From contig OZ316776.1 in assembly GCA_973851085.1 (NCBI GenBank), positions 5,332,001 to 5,396,000 of the forward strand: a stretch of 64,000 bases of DNA. Direction: 5' to 3'. Below are positions 25,421 through 39,330 of the stretch, piece after piece. The notes under the pieces were generated by a model that saw only the letters and a program-made list of their open reading frames with translations, searched no databases and had not been told where the DNA came from. This DNA comes from Ptychomitrium polyphyllum. Its lineage: Eukaryota. Made by a program: the position numbers and the translations under genes. Each line of letters opens with the position of its first letter. Position 1 is the stretch's first letter.

Positions 25421-27879
25421 AGATTATTAAACTTAAATTTTTCCACAATCTCTTCATGTTGCACCTTGTTTTCATTTCAAGTGTTTGTAAATTCTTAATA
25501 AAACATTGCATACATACTAAGGAATTTGATAGTTCTGAATTTGAAAGTTCTAAAATAGCTTTTAAACAATGTGATTTGGATCTTGATTTAAGTTTAGCAT
25601 TAATGTATAATTAAGCTGCTTGTGCTCATCAAATAAGTAATGATCTATGAATTGTGCAAAATAGTAAGTGAGAGGTCAACATTAATTGACTCAAATGAAA
25701 AATACACATAAAAAGAAGTGAAAATAGTTGTGTCTTTTAAAAGAATTCACATAACATGAAAATGATTCTTTGCCTCTATTTTTGGAAAACAACAGCACAT
25801 ACTTATAGATGATCCTATATGCTAGTCCATTGATTATTATATATCATTATCCAATCATTATGCTTAGTTCACTAATTGAGGCCTTTTATTATACCAAAAT
25901 ATGGACATGGAAATGGCAATTGGAAGTCTTGGTGTTTTCAACTAAGGACTCTATGGAGGACTTTGGAATTGGAGAGTTTTTGGACTTTAAAGAAGATATT
26001 GATGATTGGATCTTATTGACTCTTTCCATCATTTCTCTCTTTATCTCATTATATCATGATGCCTATATCACCTCTATTGGTGGAAAAAGTGTTTAGTTTC
26101 ACCAAAAAAGGCTTCTAAATTTTTTAATTGTACTTTTATGACATCATGTAATTTCTCTTCTTGTGTACAATTTTAGGTTTTAGATTTCATAAAAGCATCA
26201 AATACACAAAAATTCTATCAAAATTTTATATGTTATAGCATCGTTTTGCAACCTCCTTCTATAGCAAGAATTCTTTTGCATAAATTATATCTTTCTTGTA
26301 CTTCTCAAATGTATGCACAAAGTAATTGACATGATCTTCTAAACCTTGTCAATTTGTGCTCTTTGTACTAGTTATGCCCATACTAAAGTGATCTTTGTAC
26401 AATATAGTAGAAGAATGTTAGGAATTAATTGATTATAAAATTCAAGACATTGATTTTTAAATTCTTGCATTGGAAATAAAATGCAATGAGACTTTAAAAC
26501 ATTTCCATTCCTTAAGATGATGAACTAATTAATATATTCCTTGTACTTTCAAACCATAAAATTTGATAGAATACAAAATAATTATAAAAAATAAAAGACC
26601 ATCATTGTAGAAGGAGAGGCTTAAGGCAATGAATGAATTGATCATATTATGCTTCCAAGAATAAATGCTTATATAAATTCAATTCAAATTTAGCCCTTTG
26701 GATTCCACACCATTGCATGAAAAAAATTTATTTTTCAATGAATTTTTTAATATTAATGGACCTTTTTATGAACACAACGTCTATTTGTGGTATTTGATTG
26801 TATGACGTACAAACCACTACAATATTTGTAATATGGAGAAAATTCAAGAATGCTCAACATGCTATTAAATTTTTATAAATTATTTGTATTTTCAACTTAT
26901 TGTGTGGACATCTTTTGTGATTTTTGAGGAGGTGCTCATTAAGCAATAAATAAATCCTTTTACAAAGAAAATTAATGAAATTTAGAATTACTTTATGTTA
27001 CAGGTGTTTTAACAACATATGACATTTATAAACTACATTTGTATAAAATTTACCATGAACTTTTAAGTGTCACATGTATGAACCTATATTATTTGCTCAA
27101 AATTATACACATAGAATTGCTTATGAATATCTTATATCCATTCTTATAAGAAAATACATTTTTCAAACTTCAAAAAAACATACACAATATAAAGTATGAA
27201 ATATGCAATGATGTGTAATTTATATATTTGAAGGTATTGTATGTGTGAATATGTACTTGGTTTAAAACTCCAAAGTACATGCATGTATTTGAGAGACCTT
27301 CAATGATAGGAATATGATTAAATTTGTGGTATTGAACATGTATAATACAAAAAAAAATCTAGATCTTATACTTCAAAATACACTTTGTTATGGAATTAGC
27401 ATTATAAGCATTTTCATCAATTCTCCAACTGAAATGTGGCCACTGGCCTTCAATAGGTTTATAGGCATCTCCCTTTAAAGTTTAAGAAAAAGATTTTATT
27501 TATTCTTTTGAAGGAGCATCTTCTCTTATGTTGCTTCAGTAAATTGTATCAAGTTTCTCTCTTGCAGACTTATGGTTGGTGCTTTTTAGTATTTGGTTTA
27601 ATTCAAATTTGTTTTACTTTTAGAGCTTGTTCAGCCTACGACTTGAACAGCAGAGGCTTGTGAAGTCACAAAGTCAAAAATAATATCCAAGGATCTAGAA
27701 TTTCATTGTAATAATGGTGGTAAGGTCGGTAACTGATAAGGTTAGTAACTACCGAGTACTTAAGGACTTGGTAGTTTCTTATCGGAAATCCTTATTTAAG
27801 AAAGGTAAGCTATACCAATATTGTGATTTATACCTATTGAGTATTCTAAGACTCGTTGGTTTCTTATTAAAGAGTTAAT

Positions 27880-28285
27880 ATCTAAAAAAAGCAATTTATA
27901 TAAACTTATAGTTGATACTATCGAATATAAGAGACATGGTAGTATAAAAGAGTAAATTATAAATTACTATAGAACCTGTTCAAATGGAAAAACATACATA
28001 TGAACATGTACTCTAAAATAAAACTAATGAGTGAATCAAATAATACAGTGTATCACTTGTTTCATAGAAAAAATAAAATACAATTTACCTACAACTCTCT
28101 TAGTTGAGGGTTTAAATACTAGATTGAAGATCTTATAAAAGTGGATCTACATTTGTTTGTCTAAACTACCAGACTACTATTATCTTCTGGTAGTTAATTG
28201 GAAAATGTGTGGTGGTATTGATAGGAAAAGATTGGTAGAAAAAATCTGGTAGAAATGGGTATAACACCCGGTAGCCTAGTAATAA
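27880..28285 (-). mobile_element. Decayed LTR, family 2
   Basis: Shares GTTGAGGGTTTAAATAC, GGATCTACAT...TGTCTAAACTA and GGTAG-rich blocks with 31761-32155 and 57655-58059. Confidence 0.5.
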
Positions 28286-29899
28286 GTGGTGTCCCATGTT
28301 TGATGCTACCTATGACATGGTTACGCTATTATCATTGTTCTATTGAATTTCTTCTATGATTTTGTGTGACTTTTCTAGTATATTCAAGTTGCCTTTGTTT
28401 ATTCAATCTCCACAATGATTTTAGAGTGTTACTTTTATTGTGTAAATAAAAGTTTTCATACATAAGAAATTGAACACCATATCCATTATCAAACTTGTAT
28501 TAAATCCAACTAAATAAGAACATATCTTAGATAGACTTTCAAGTGTTTATGCTAATTGATGATGGAGCCTTGGTAAACAACTAAGATTACAATTGTACAT
28601 AGTTGAAAATGAATGCCATGGTAATATCCAAGTAACCAAATAAGCCAAGAAAGCAAGGAAAAAAGTGATTCTATGATTTGTAGACCAACTGCAATATGAA
28701 TTCCATCTTAAGTTGTTCCTTGGAAGTTTCTTAAGTCAAGAAAACTTTCTTCGAAGCTTCTTAAGCCAAGGCAATTTCCTTGGAAGCTTCCTAAACCTTC
28801 TAAATAGTTTTCTAGATGCCTCTAATATGTATGTCCGTAAGACATCTCTGCCCAAAAAGACTAAGAACCATAATAAGAAGACATCAGCATTGGATGCCTA
28901 ATGATGAATTGATTCTAGAATCCTAACAATTGTTCAAATCAAACAAGGGAATTCAAAGATATGGAATTCCAAAGTTGGAGTTGTCGAGGGGTTGTTTTGG
29001 ACTAGGACTCTGCTGGACTAGGACAATGCAAGGAGAGACTCCCATGAGTTCCAAATCGTAGAAGAGGCATATCTCCCAAAATACTAACTCAAATTGGACG
29101 TTTGAAGAATCTATCGGCATTTGCACAAAGACTAAATGATGATAGAGTGGTTGCTTGATAGATTCAAAGATTGGACATGGCAGATATTGGACCCTAAAGG
29201 TTCGTAGGAAGTTCTAGAGGCTTCCAACGACTAAGTTCTAAAGGAGATTGGGTGGTCTTCTAAAGTTTTGGATGTGTTGAGATTCGGCCAACTACAAAGG
29301 GCCAGAGAGCTTGCCAAATCCCATAGAAAGTATTGTAAGGATGGTTGGTTCTCCTTTCCACTCCTATAGTGTCTTAATAACATATAAAAGTGAGTTTCGG
29401 TGAGTGGAACTAATATTTGGGTTTCACTACAGGGACTCCCATACCATTATGAGCTGGTGGGTGACCAATTTTACAAAGGGAACTTGCAGATTCTCAAGTG
29501 TGCGCAAGGTGTCAATACTTTGGGGTGGTATCTTCATGCCGGCACCATGTTGGGCCGAGATAACCTTGGCTTACATGGATATCATGAGTAATGGCAAAGA
29601 GACACCACTAAATGCGGTTAAGCCGTGTGGAATGGAAATAACAGCAAGTGAGGCCTTAGATATGAATGGAAGCACGCACCTAATCATTGGCTACCGACCA
29701 ATTGGGTGTCTTAAAGAAATGAATAGGAAGATTTGGAATCCAAGCCTAAGGCTTAGAAAGTGGAAATGGGAGCTTATTGTGTGCATGTGGGGGTGTACAG
29801 GGTTGACGTTTGTAACGCTTGTTAAGGTGTATTGCACGGGTTGCGGCATATCCGGTACTACCAAACTCCTCTTCTTAGTACAAGCGGAGGTCCTCTAAC

Positions 29900-31670
29900 T
29901 GGATACATTAGATGATAGTTTATAATCTATTAACTCAGACGACAAATTTAGAATTATATAATTTAAAATACAATATTTAAACCCTCAAACAAGAGAGTTG
30001 AGGGTGTAGTGTATCTTTTTTGATAAATCATATTTTTGTTCCAGGATTATTGAAGTGTGTTTTTTTGAAAGATTGGTTAAGTAGCAATCATTACGTAAGT
30101 TTTGAGATTATTCTAAGTATATATTTTTTTCATTTCTTGTAGATTCTTAGCTACCAATATCCTCATATTTAATAGTCATTGATTCTAAGGTTTGGCAACC
30201 ATGTAGTGTTTTAAATACGTTTCTCTTGTTCAAACACTTGCAAATATTTTAAATTCCTTCTTACTATCTCTACGTTATAGGATTCTAAAAACAAATTCAA
30301 CAACCAAAGTACTCATCTTTGATCCTTTAATTCAAACTTGGTAGTCCTGATGTTCCTGCAAAATACTCAAAGCTTTGATATTTGTGCTTGTTTATATTGT
30401 CTACCGTAATATAACTTCAAGTATAATTGAGCACCATTTTTTGGTGTAGAATCATTTGACTCTATTAGCCGCCCCGGTGCTTGTATCCTAAGATTCTCAT
30501 TTTCCTTGGAACTAACCTCCGCTCAACTTAACAATTCAACTTTAGTTGCATTTTATATTTTTTGGACTTTTTGCTCCTTGCCATGACCAATCCATCCTTC
30601 CCTAGGCCAATACCACTAAATTTCCAACCGGATATCCAACAACCTTAGACTATAGAAAGCATCATCTATTTCGGCTCTTCTTAATGTCTTTATAAAAGCC
30701 AACTACCAAATCCACCTTGTAGCCATTGTTCCCTACATATTTGTCATCACCTTTGGAATATTCTATCATTTTTTAGAAATAAATCTATCAGCTTGGTACA
30801 CCTACCAATTCCATTGTAATCCGATGAACACAAGAAGATGATGGTTTTGTCTTTAGTCCAATTTCCATGTCTTCTGGTTCTACAATCGGTACCATCCAGT
30901 CTATTTTCTTGGCAAGAATTCCTTGAAAATGCTTTTATTACTATTAGGCATTTTTTACAACCACCAACTCAGAAAGGGCCTTTTCATGGCCTTATTACAA
31001 TTTTTTTTTTTTTCTACTACTGGTAGTCCACCTTCTACAAACTTCAACTTTTATTTAAATCATTCATGGAATCTACTAACCTTTGACCATGTTTATTTCC
31101 ACCCTCCACCGCATATCGTTTCTGTTGCATATTTCTCTCTTCCATGTAATATTTTTCCACTTCCAATTTGCCACCAATGTGGCCTAATTCTTATCCACAA
31201 TTCCACCTGTTTTTTCTCTACATATCTTCATCCCCTAACTGATATCAATCGACTACGTTACCATCCGATAGTACGTCTAGTAGTTCCACCATCTTCAATC
31301 GTACTTCCTCTAATACTTCATCATATTTAGAAAACTTTAATATATTCAACCTACAAAATTGAAAGGGGTTCCAAACACCATTTCCAAAAAAATTTATTGA
31401 CAGTTATTTTAAACAAAGAAACAAGTCTTTCTGTCAAGCTTAAATTATTCGGTAGCATCATTATTGATAAAGAATATACTTCGTTGACATTCCATCGCAT
31501 CCATTTTTTTGTGAGAGCTTGAATGACCTTCTCCTTGCGTTTGAAAAACGTTTCTAGTTGATCAAAACCAATGATCGGACCTACACTCATTTCCAACTTG
31601 TAAATCAAAATCCTTGTGAATGGATTGAAGATTTTATTGAAGGTTTTATAGAACTTGCAGAAAACCTCAC
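29900..31670 (+). mobile_element. Family-2 LTR retrotransposon 5' part: LTR remnant plus decayed gag
   Basis: 29900-30160 is the reverse complement of the family-2 LTR blocks. The + strand ~31350-31670 reads ...VKLKLFGSII... and LNDLLLAFEKRF*...NQNPCEWIEDFIEGFIELAENL, a retrotransposon gag-like pattern. It is interrupted at 31671. Confidence 0.55.
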
Positions 31671-33460
31671 TATTAAGGTTGATAACTACCAAATAAAAGA
31701 ATTCTAGTAACTCAAAACCTACAAGAATTAATAATGGAAGAATGCTTAGAAGAATCTAGATGTTATAGTCAATAACTACCAAATAAAAGAATATTTGTAA
31801 CTCAAAGCTTACAAGAATTAAAAGTTAAAGAGTACTTGCAACAATCTAAAGATATACAAAGGAATTGTAATTCACTAAGCTATAGAAGAAACACACTTTA
31901 ATAGTCTTAAAATAAAACTTGATTAATCATACAAGATACATTACTTCTTCAATCAAGAAAGTTGGAGGTTTAAATACCATTTTTCAGATCCTATATTTAT
32001 AGATTACATCCATTGTTTGAACTAATAGATTAACAACTATCATCTGATAGTTCTTGTTGGAGGATGTCTGGTAGTACCAAAAGGAAGAGATCAATGGTAG
32101 TACCGGTAGAAGAAGTGCAGTAGTATCAAATGTAAGATCCAGTAGGCCGGTAACATTATTCCCCTTCTAGACTAAGCCCACTCCTGGAAACTTAGAAAAT
32201 TGGCTATTCTGACATGTCTTGAAGTTGAAGTCAATGAAGTGTCCGGCAAGCGGAAGTGGATATTGAATCTACAATAGAGGGAATAGCGGTAGGAGGTTCT
32301 GGACATTGATGATTTGTTTTTCCCATAAAACCAAAATTGACTTAAGCTTCAATTCAGAGCAGTTAGTTGTCAATGTGATATTGAATAGCATTTTTTTGAT
32401 TACCAGATTTGGAACCAATGTAATGTGTGTTATAGTCAAATGAATGAGGCAGTATAATTATGTTGGTAGGAGATGGGGGAGTTGATCAGAGAGGATGGTT
32501 AGAGGTAGAAGATGGAATTGGTTGATAAAATTGATGAGTTAAAGTAGAAGGCAGAATTGGAGTACATTTGGAAGTCGAGGTAGATGCTAGAAAAGTGGGA
32601 TACTTTGGTACTTGCAATACAATGGATGGTAAAGGAGGTTCAGTAGTGAGAATAATGTTTAGAGCTCTTATGGGAAGAGAAAGAGAGTAAAAAGGGTAAG
32701 GAATGAGAGCAAAAATAGAAATTGAAGAAAGAAGTGGAAAATCATTGATACAAAGTGAGGTGGTGTAAACAAAGGATATTGGAAAGGACGTTTGGAAGGT
32801 GGGCCGGTTTTGTTGCTTCCGGTCCTTTTGTATTAAATATATAAGAGATATCCAAATTCGCTTCATGTTTGGAATTGGCGTTGTTTGTAATTAAGTTTGC
32901 ATTTTAAAAGGGCTGCAATAGGGATAGTAGTGAAAGACAAAAGTGGTAGAAAACATGGTTTGGTAGAGTTTGTACTGTTTGAGGAAATAGAATATGAGAA
33001 TTATTCTAAAAAGGAAGGCAAAAGTTTTTGCCAAAGTTTTGCAACAAGGCAAAACAAAACTTTGTGATTTTGAATTATGATGAGTTTTGTGGCAAGGTTG
33101 TTGTATTTGGTAGTAAACCAAGTCCACTAGTCCAACCTAATAATAAGATCTTTATATCTAAGAGGAAACAAATATTACTATCGTACTTGTAACTTATCTA
33201 TTTGTGAAACAAGATGTTTCAAAAAAGACCTCATTTTTGCAAGATTATGGTTTTGGAACCTTGTCGGATCTTCCAACCTTCTTTTGTGCTTTGGACAAGA
33301 TCAGTAATTATTAAAAATCCACCGGGAGCTATCAATGATGGTATGGTATTTATCATACCATCTTTGAAACATAACGTATTAAAAGTCACTTACCAATTGA
33401 TATTTCAGATTAATAACCATCTTAAACTTAGTGCTTGCTAACCAGTATTTGACAGTTGGT
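31671..33460 (-). mobile_element. Family-2 Gypsy-like 3' end: LTR fragment 31671-31760, 3' LTR 31761-32155, PPT and 3' internal region
   Basis: LTR termini on + are TGTTATAG...CCGGTAACA. The adjacent TTATTCCCCTTCT is the PPT AGAAGGGGAATAA on -. The PPT-proximal sequence is homologous to 58060-58140. Confidence 0.7.
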
Positions 33461-33464
33461 AATC

Positions 33465-36400
33465 AAATATTCTAAGGCCTTCCTTTGTTTAAATTACATA
33501 AATTAGACATTGATTGGCATTCACAGAGTATGGTCTCAAGGAAAAGACTTCAAGGTATAAATAAATTTTGACCATCAATAATTAGAGCTAAAGCATTCAT
33601 AAAAGCACCAAAGGATGAACCAATTTATGCCATTTATGCCACGTCAACGTTTGGCTCTATAAAAAAGACTAATCAAGGCATATCTCATCAATACCAAGAT
33701 TATAAAGTTTTTGAAAAAAAGAATACAGACACATTATTAGAGCATCTGCTTTACGATTACACCATCAAATTGCAAGAAAGAGCCCAACTACCTTTTGAAC
33801 ATATTTATAACCTATTACAAATTAAGTTGGTTACCTTGAGAGAATATATTGATGAAAACCTCACAAAAGGCTTCTTCCAACATTCCAAATCACTTGCTAG
33901 AGCATCCATCCTATGTATAAAGAAAAAAGATAGATCATTATGTATATTTGTGGACTATTGAGGCCTTAAGAAGGTGACCAAGAAGAATTGCTATTCATTA
34001 TCATTAATCTCAAGACTCCTACAGCAACTTGGCCAAACAAAGGTATTCACCAAAATCCACCTTAGAGGAAACAAAGGTATTCACCAAAATCCACCTTAGA
34101 GGAGCTTACAACCTCATGCGTCTCAAAAGAGACAAATAGAAGACACTTTCAATCTAGGTATGGCCATTATGTACACAACATTATGCCTTTTGGCCTTACT
34201 AATGCCCTTGCGGTCTTCCAATATATAATGAATGATATCTTCTATAAATATTTGAACCATTTTGTAGTCATCTACTTGAATGATATTTTGATATATTCAA
34301 AAGATGAACAAGACTACAAATCTTACGTGCAACTACTCTTAAAAAAGCTACACCAGCAAGGATTATATGCCAAATTAAAAAAGCGCCTTTTCTATAAATC
34401 CTTGATTGAATTTTTATGCTACATCATCTCCAAAGGAGGAATCCATATGGATGAGAAGAAAATAAGCACTGTCATAGAGTGAAGTACGCTAAGATCAATT
34501 TAAAATGTTCAATCCTTCTTAGAATTTGCAACTTTCTACAAGATATTCATCAAGGACTATTCTAAGATTGCGGCACTATTGATGCGACTTATGATGAAGC
34601 AAAAATTTACTTGGAATGAAGAGGCAAAGAAAGCATTTCAAGGTCTTAAAAAGTCATTCAAGAAGGCTCCAATTTTTATTCATCCAAATCCATTAAAGCT
34701 TTTTTATTTGGAAGCGGATGCGTTATACATTGCGCTTGGTTTAGTACTCTCACAAAATGACAAAGACAAAAGATTCCATCCAATTGTCCTTTTGTTTAAA
34801 AAAATTCCTAGCAATAGCAATGAATTATAATATACATGACAAAGAAGTACTTTCAATTGCGGATGCATTTGAAGAATGCCAACATATATTAGAAGCAATT
34901 CAACATACCATCATAATATATATAAACGACAAGAGCCTTAAGTGCTTTACGAGTGCATATCTTCAAAATTACAATTAAGCAAGGTGGAATATGTTGCTTT
35001 CCAAATTTGACTTTGTCATTACCTATGGATTTGGTAGCCTATAAGGTAAGCCACATGACTTATTTCAAAAATCTTATTTGGCTTCTAAATCTAAAGATGA
35101 AGTTTTAAATCAACAAAAGATTATCTTGTTGAGACCATAGATGAAATTCAGAGGGCTTTGAAGAATGACTTCTTTATTTCAAATATAAGAAGGCGCCTCA
35201 AAAATGAGGAAGATCCTTCAAATAGTGATTATGGTTTTAAATCTAAGAGGACCTACTTTACTATAAAAGATTTTTGTACCTACCTCCAGGACCTTTGCAA
35301 CTGAATATTCTTCAAGCTTGCCATGATTTTCCAACAACAAGGGCACTTTAGGTTCAACAAAACAATGGAGTTGATTGCTAGAGTGTACTTCTGGTCACAA
35401 ATGTGAAAATATATGAAGGATTTTATTAGATCATGCAATACTTGTACAAAGGCTAAGGTACCAAGACACCAACTTCATAGTCGCTTCCATCCTCTTCCAA
35501 TGCCAATGGATCCATAGTTGTCTTTATTAATGGATTTTATCACAGACTTCTTCAATTCCAATTCTAAAGACTTTATCTTAGTAGTGGTGGATTGATTCAC
35601 TAGGATGGCGCATTTTAGCCCATGTAATTAGATGATAAAGAAAGAAGAAATTGCCAAGTTATTCTTGAATCACATTTATTGCATACATGGACTACAAAAT
35701 GATATTATATCTTATTAAGGCCCGCAATTCATTTCCAACTTTTGGAAGGCTCCATTTCAAATGTTGTGTGTGAAGATATTGGAAGTCTTGCTGCAGGAGG
35801 TTTTGCAAGTTAACTTGCTAAAATTCATTGAGAATTTACTTTCCAACTACAACAAGCTTAAAATTGATACAAAACTTATGTTGATTGTCATTGAAAGGAC
35901 CATTCAAAGTTCAAGGTTGGAAATAACATATGGCTCTTACAATAAAATATTCAAATAAAAAGATTGACAAAGAAGTTGAATCATCAAAGGCTTGGGCCAT
36001 TTGAAATCATTAAACAAACAAATCTGGGTGGTTATTGCTTCAAATTACCACCAACCATGCAAAATCATCAAATGTTTCATATATTTTTATTCTATCCAAC
36101 AATAAATCATGTATACTAACAAGGACTGTTCCCTTGCCTCCTTCCTTGCCTCCTCTAGTAGAAATTAATAATAAAATGGAGTATGAAGTTGAAGAAATTT
36201 AGGCTCATGCATTAAAAATAGACGTATGAAGTACTTTATACAATGGCAAGAATATGGCATCAATGATTAAATATAGAAACATTCAATGAATGTGACAAAT
36301 GCATTTAACAAAGTACGCAAATTCCATCAAAGGCATCTTCAAAAAATAAGTCCATGATCATGTATTATAATAAATTAATAGCCATTAACTTCAAAAAGAA

Positions 36401-38042
36401 GATTTTTCCAAAGACAAGTATAAGAAAGGAAGAACAATATTCAACCTTCAATTGTATGTAGCAATATTTCCAAAATAGATAATTTCTAGATCCGAGCTAG
36501 TATGCCAAATTTTTGTGTTATTATAGATTTGCATAAAAAGCAATGAATCTTATTTTTTCAACGTCAGCACCCATTGAATTAATTCAATTTTTTCAATTTT
36601 CAACTCCAAAGGATCTAAGCTAAGATATGACAAAGACATTCCAACATTGAATGCAATCACGAGTAAAAGTATTGACAAGATCTCTTTTATATTTCAATCT
36701 TAATTTAGATGTTTGAGTTCTAGTTATCTTGTTAGAAGTTAAAAGAGTCACTTTTGGAGGACCAAAAATCTTGTTTGGAAGATGTTTTGAAGGACTTAAT
36801 CAAGGTCAAATATTGGATTAGGGCATATCAACAACAAAAGTTTTGGCTGGTGGTATTAAAGTCGCAAGAAACAAGAAGTAAAAATAAAGTGTTTTCCAAG
36901 AATTAGCTTCCAATGAGCTAATGATTAACAAGAATTGATACAAACACTAGAACAAGGCAGGATACAATATGATCCACAACTTGTGATGGCAAGAATAAGG
37001 AATACCTTGTCTTGCCTCCTATTTATACCATAATGTTTGCATCTCCTAAATACTTCTAAAGAAGCTTCCTATAAGGCTTAAGAATATTCTAGAAGTCTAT
37101 GGAACCTTTCCAAGAAGTTTCTCAAGATATTGGAACCTTCATAAGAAGTTTCCAAGGAGTTGGAACTTTTCTTAAGGTGGTAGAACCTTCTTAGGAAGTT
37201 TTTTAAAGAAATAAAACCTTCCTAGGAAGTTTCTTGAGGAGTGGAGTTTTCCTAGGAATTTTTTAAAGACGTGGAAATGGCTATGGAAACATTGAAAATA
37301 TTCCAAGAAGCTACTATTATATACTAGAAGATTCTAAAGACTATGTTGCATGATGTATGTCCATAACAAGTGGTTATCTTTGTTACTTGCATGGACCGGT
37401 TGAGCTAGTGGACAAAGAAAAATTAACTAATTATATTGCTTTTCTTCTTTAATAAATTTTGGAATTTATAGAGATGTGACAAGTAAGATTCATGAAGAGC
37501 TCCTATTGGAGTTTGTCACTAAAGGAAGAGGTGATGTTATGGACATAGATCATGCAACATAATCCTTAGAACCTTCTAAAACCTTTTGATACATTTTTAT
37601 AGCTTTTTAAAATACTTTCAACGCTTCTATAGCCATTCCACCTATTACAAAAACTTCTTAGGAAGGTCCCATCTCCTTGTGAAACCTCTTAGAAAGATTC
37701 CACTTCTTTAGAAAACTTCTTAATAAAACTCCAAGTGCTTGGAAACTTCTTAGAAAGGTTTAATTTTTTTGGAAAACTTCTTGGGAAGGTTTGGTAGACT
37801 TTTAGAACATTTGAAAGCTTCATAGAATACATTTTTGGAAGTGTCCTAGTAAACAAAAGCATCATGTTATAAAGAAGAGGCAAGGAAAAGACTATCTTAA
37901 TTTTGCCAATACAAGTTGGATATAATATTATATTGTATCATTGTTCTAGTCTTTATATCAATTTTTATTAATCATGAACTTTTTGGAAACTAATTCTTGG
38001 GAAGCACTTCGTGTCTACTTCTTATTTTTTGTATCCTTAACA
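33465..38042 (+). mobile_element. Decayed Ty3/Gypsy chromovirus (protease end, RT, RNase H, integrase, chromodomain, 3' region, PPT, 3' LTR 37535-38042)
   Basis: KKKDRSLCIFVDY, MPFGLTNA, VIYLNDILIYS, FYLEADA...ALGLVLSQ, NYNIHDKEVLSIADAFEE, MDFITD, chromodomain start EYEVEEI at ~36178; PPT AAAGGAAGAGGTGA followed by TGTTATGGAC...TCCTTAACA. Many stops and frameshifts. Confidence 0.93.
36854..37368 (-). mobile_element. Solo LTR (family 1) inserted in opposite orientation into the 3' region of the chromovirus
   Basis: Homologous to 62868-63378 and 59548-60088; flanked by 5-bp GGTGG / AGTGG (TSD with one mismatch). Host sequence resumes colinearly when compared with 63379-63620. Confidence 0.88.
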
Positions 38043-38199
38043 TAATCGATGATTTTATTGATTCCAAAATTGAAATAATTAATATAATATAATATTCCTT
38101 TGCAATATTCCTTAAATAATATTTTTATTTTATAAACTATTTACTTAAACCACCTAATAATTAATCACAATTCATAGTATCTAATGCTCCTATGTCTTT

Positions 38200-39330
38200 T
38201 GATGACATGAATAATATCTTTTGAGTTAATAGGTACTGGGAACATTTCATTACAAAACAATGATAAAATATTTGATGATACAACTTCAAATAGTTAAAAA
38301 CCTTTATCATAAGCTCATTTATAAAAATCTACAAAAAAATACACAAGAAAAATTGCTAATCAAGTATCTTAATCATGTTATATTTATAAATTTTTATTTC
38401 ATTTCTTCTATCCTAATGAGCGCATTACAATTACAATAGCCTTAAATGATAAAAATGCACCTAACTAGAAAAAAATATCATATTTAAAAAGAAAATATAA
38501 TATTAGTGGTGATATTACCTATTATAAAATCAAATTGGTTGCTAAAGGATTTTTGCAACAAAAAGCTATTGATTATAAAGATATATTTTCTTTTGTGTAA
38601 AAAAATTTCATTACAACTTTTTTAATCATTAGTAGGAACATATGATCTACATATTCATCAAATGAACATGAAAATTTCATTCCTTCATGCTTATATAAAT
38701 GAAAATATTTATATGACTCAATTAAAGGATTATGTTGAGCTTCAATTCTTCCATAAATTTTGTAAGTCATTAAGATGTATTTATGGCTTCAAACAAATTT
38801 CTTGTATGTGATATGAACTATTTAACCATTATCTTATAAAAAATGGGTTTTTTGTGGTGGTAGGTTTTAATATATATTAAAAGTGGATTAATGCACAAAC
38901 AATATGTTATATTGATATTGTAAGTAGAAAATTGTTTCATTATTAATGAAGCTATAAAATTCTTAAATGGTACTAAAAACATTTTAGTGATTAGATTTGA
39001 ATAATAAATGAAGGACCTATTGAAACTAAAGATGGTTACTTGGATACGATAATTGAATGCAATAAAGTTTATAAAGCTAGTAATTTATTACAACTAATTA
39101 TATAATCAAAATTCTTGAAAGATATAATATATATGATTTTAAATTAGTTTGAAACTTGATTAAGATTAAATAAAGATATGAGTCCTACTAATTCTAAAAG
39201 TATGCATATTATAAAAGAGGTTCTACACTTTATAGCTTGTAGATTCTTTAATGCATGACATGAGTGACATTAGGTTCAGTATTGTTTTTATTGTAGGTTA
39301 ACTTGCCAAATTTATGGCCAATTGAACAAA
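38200..39330 (+). mobile_element. Decayed Ty1/Copia reverse transcriptase region
   Basis: ~38520 reads YKIKLVAKGFLQQKAIDYKDIFSFV (Copia YKARLVAKGF.Q..GIDY.ETFSPV); ~38775 reads IYGFKQ (Copia xYGLKQ). Confidence 0.8.

Noticed and set aside
34035..34103. 34-bp tandem duplication inside RT, and similar ~21-22 bp doublets at ~52230, ~53248 and ~53401
   Set aside because: Ordinary slippage duplications in decayed or AT-rich DNA.
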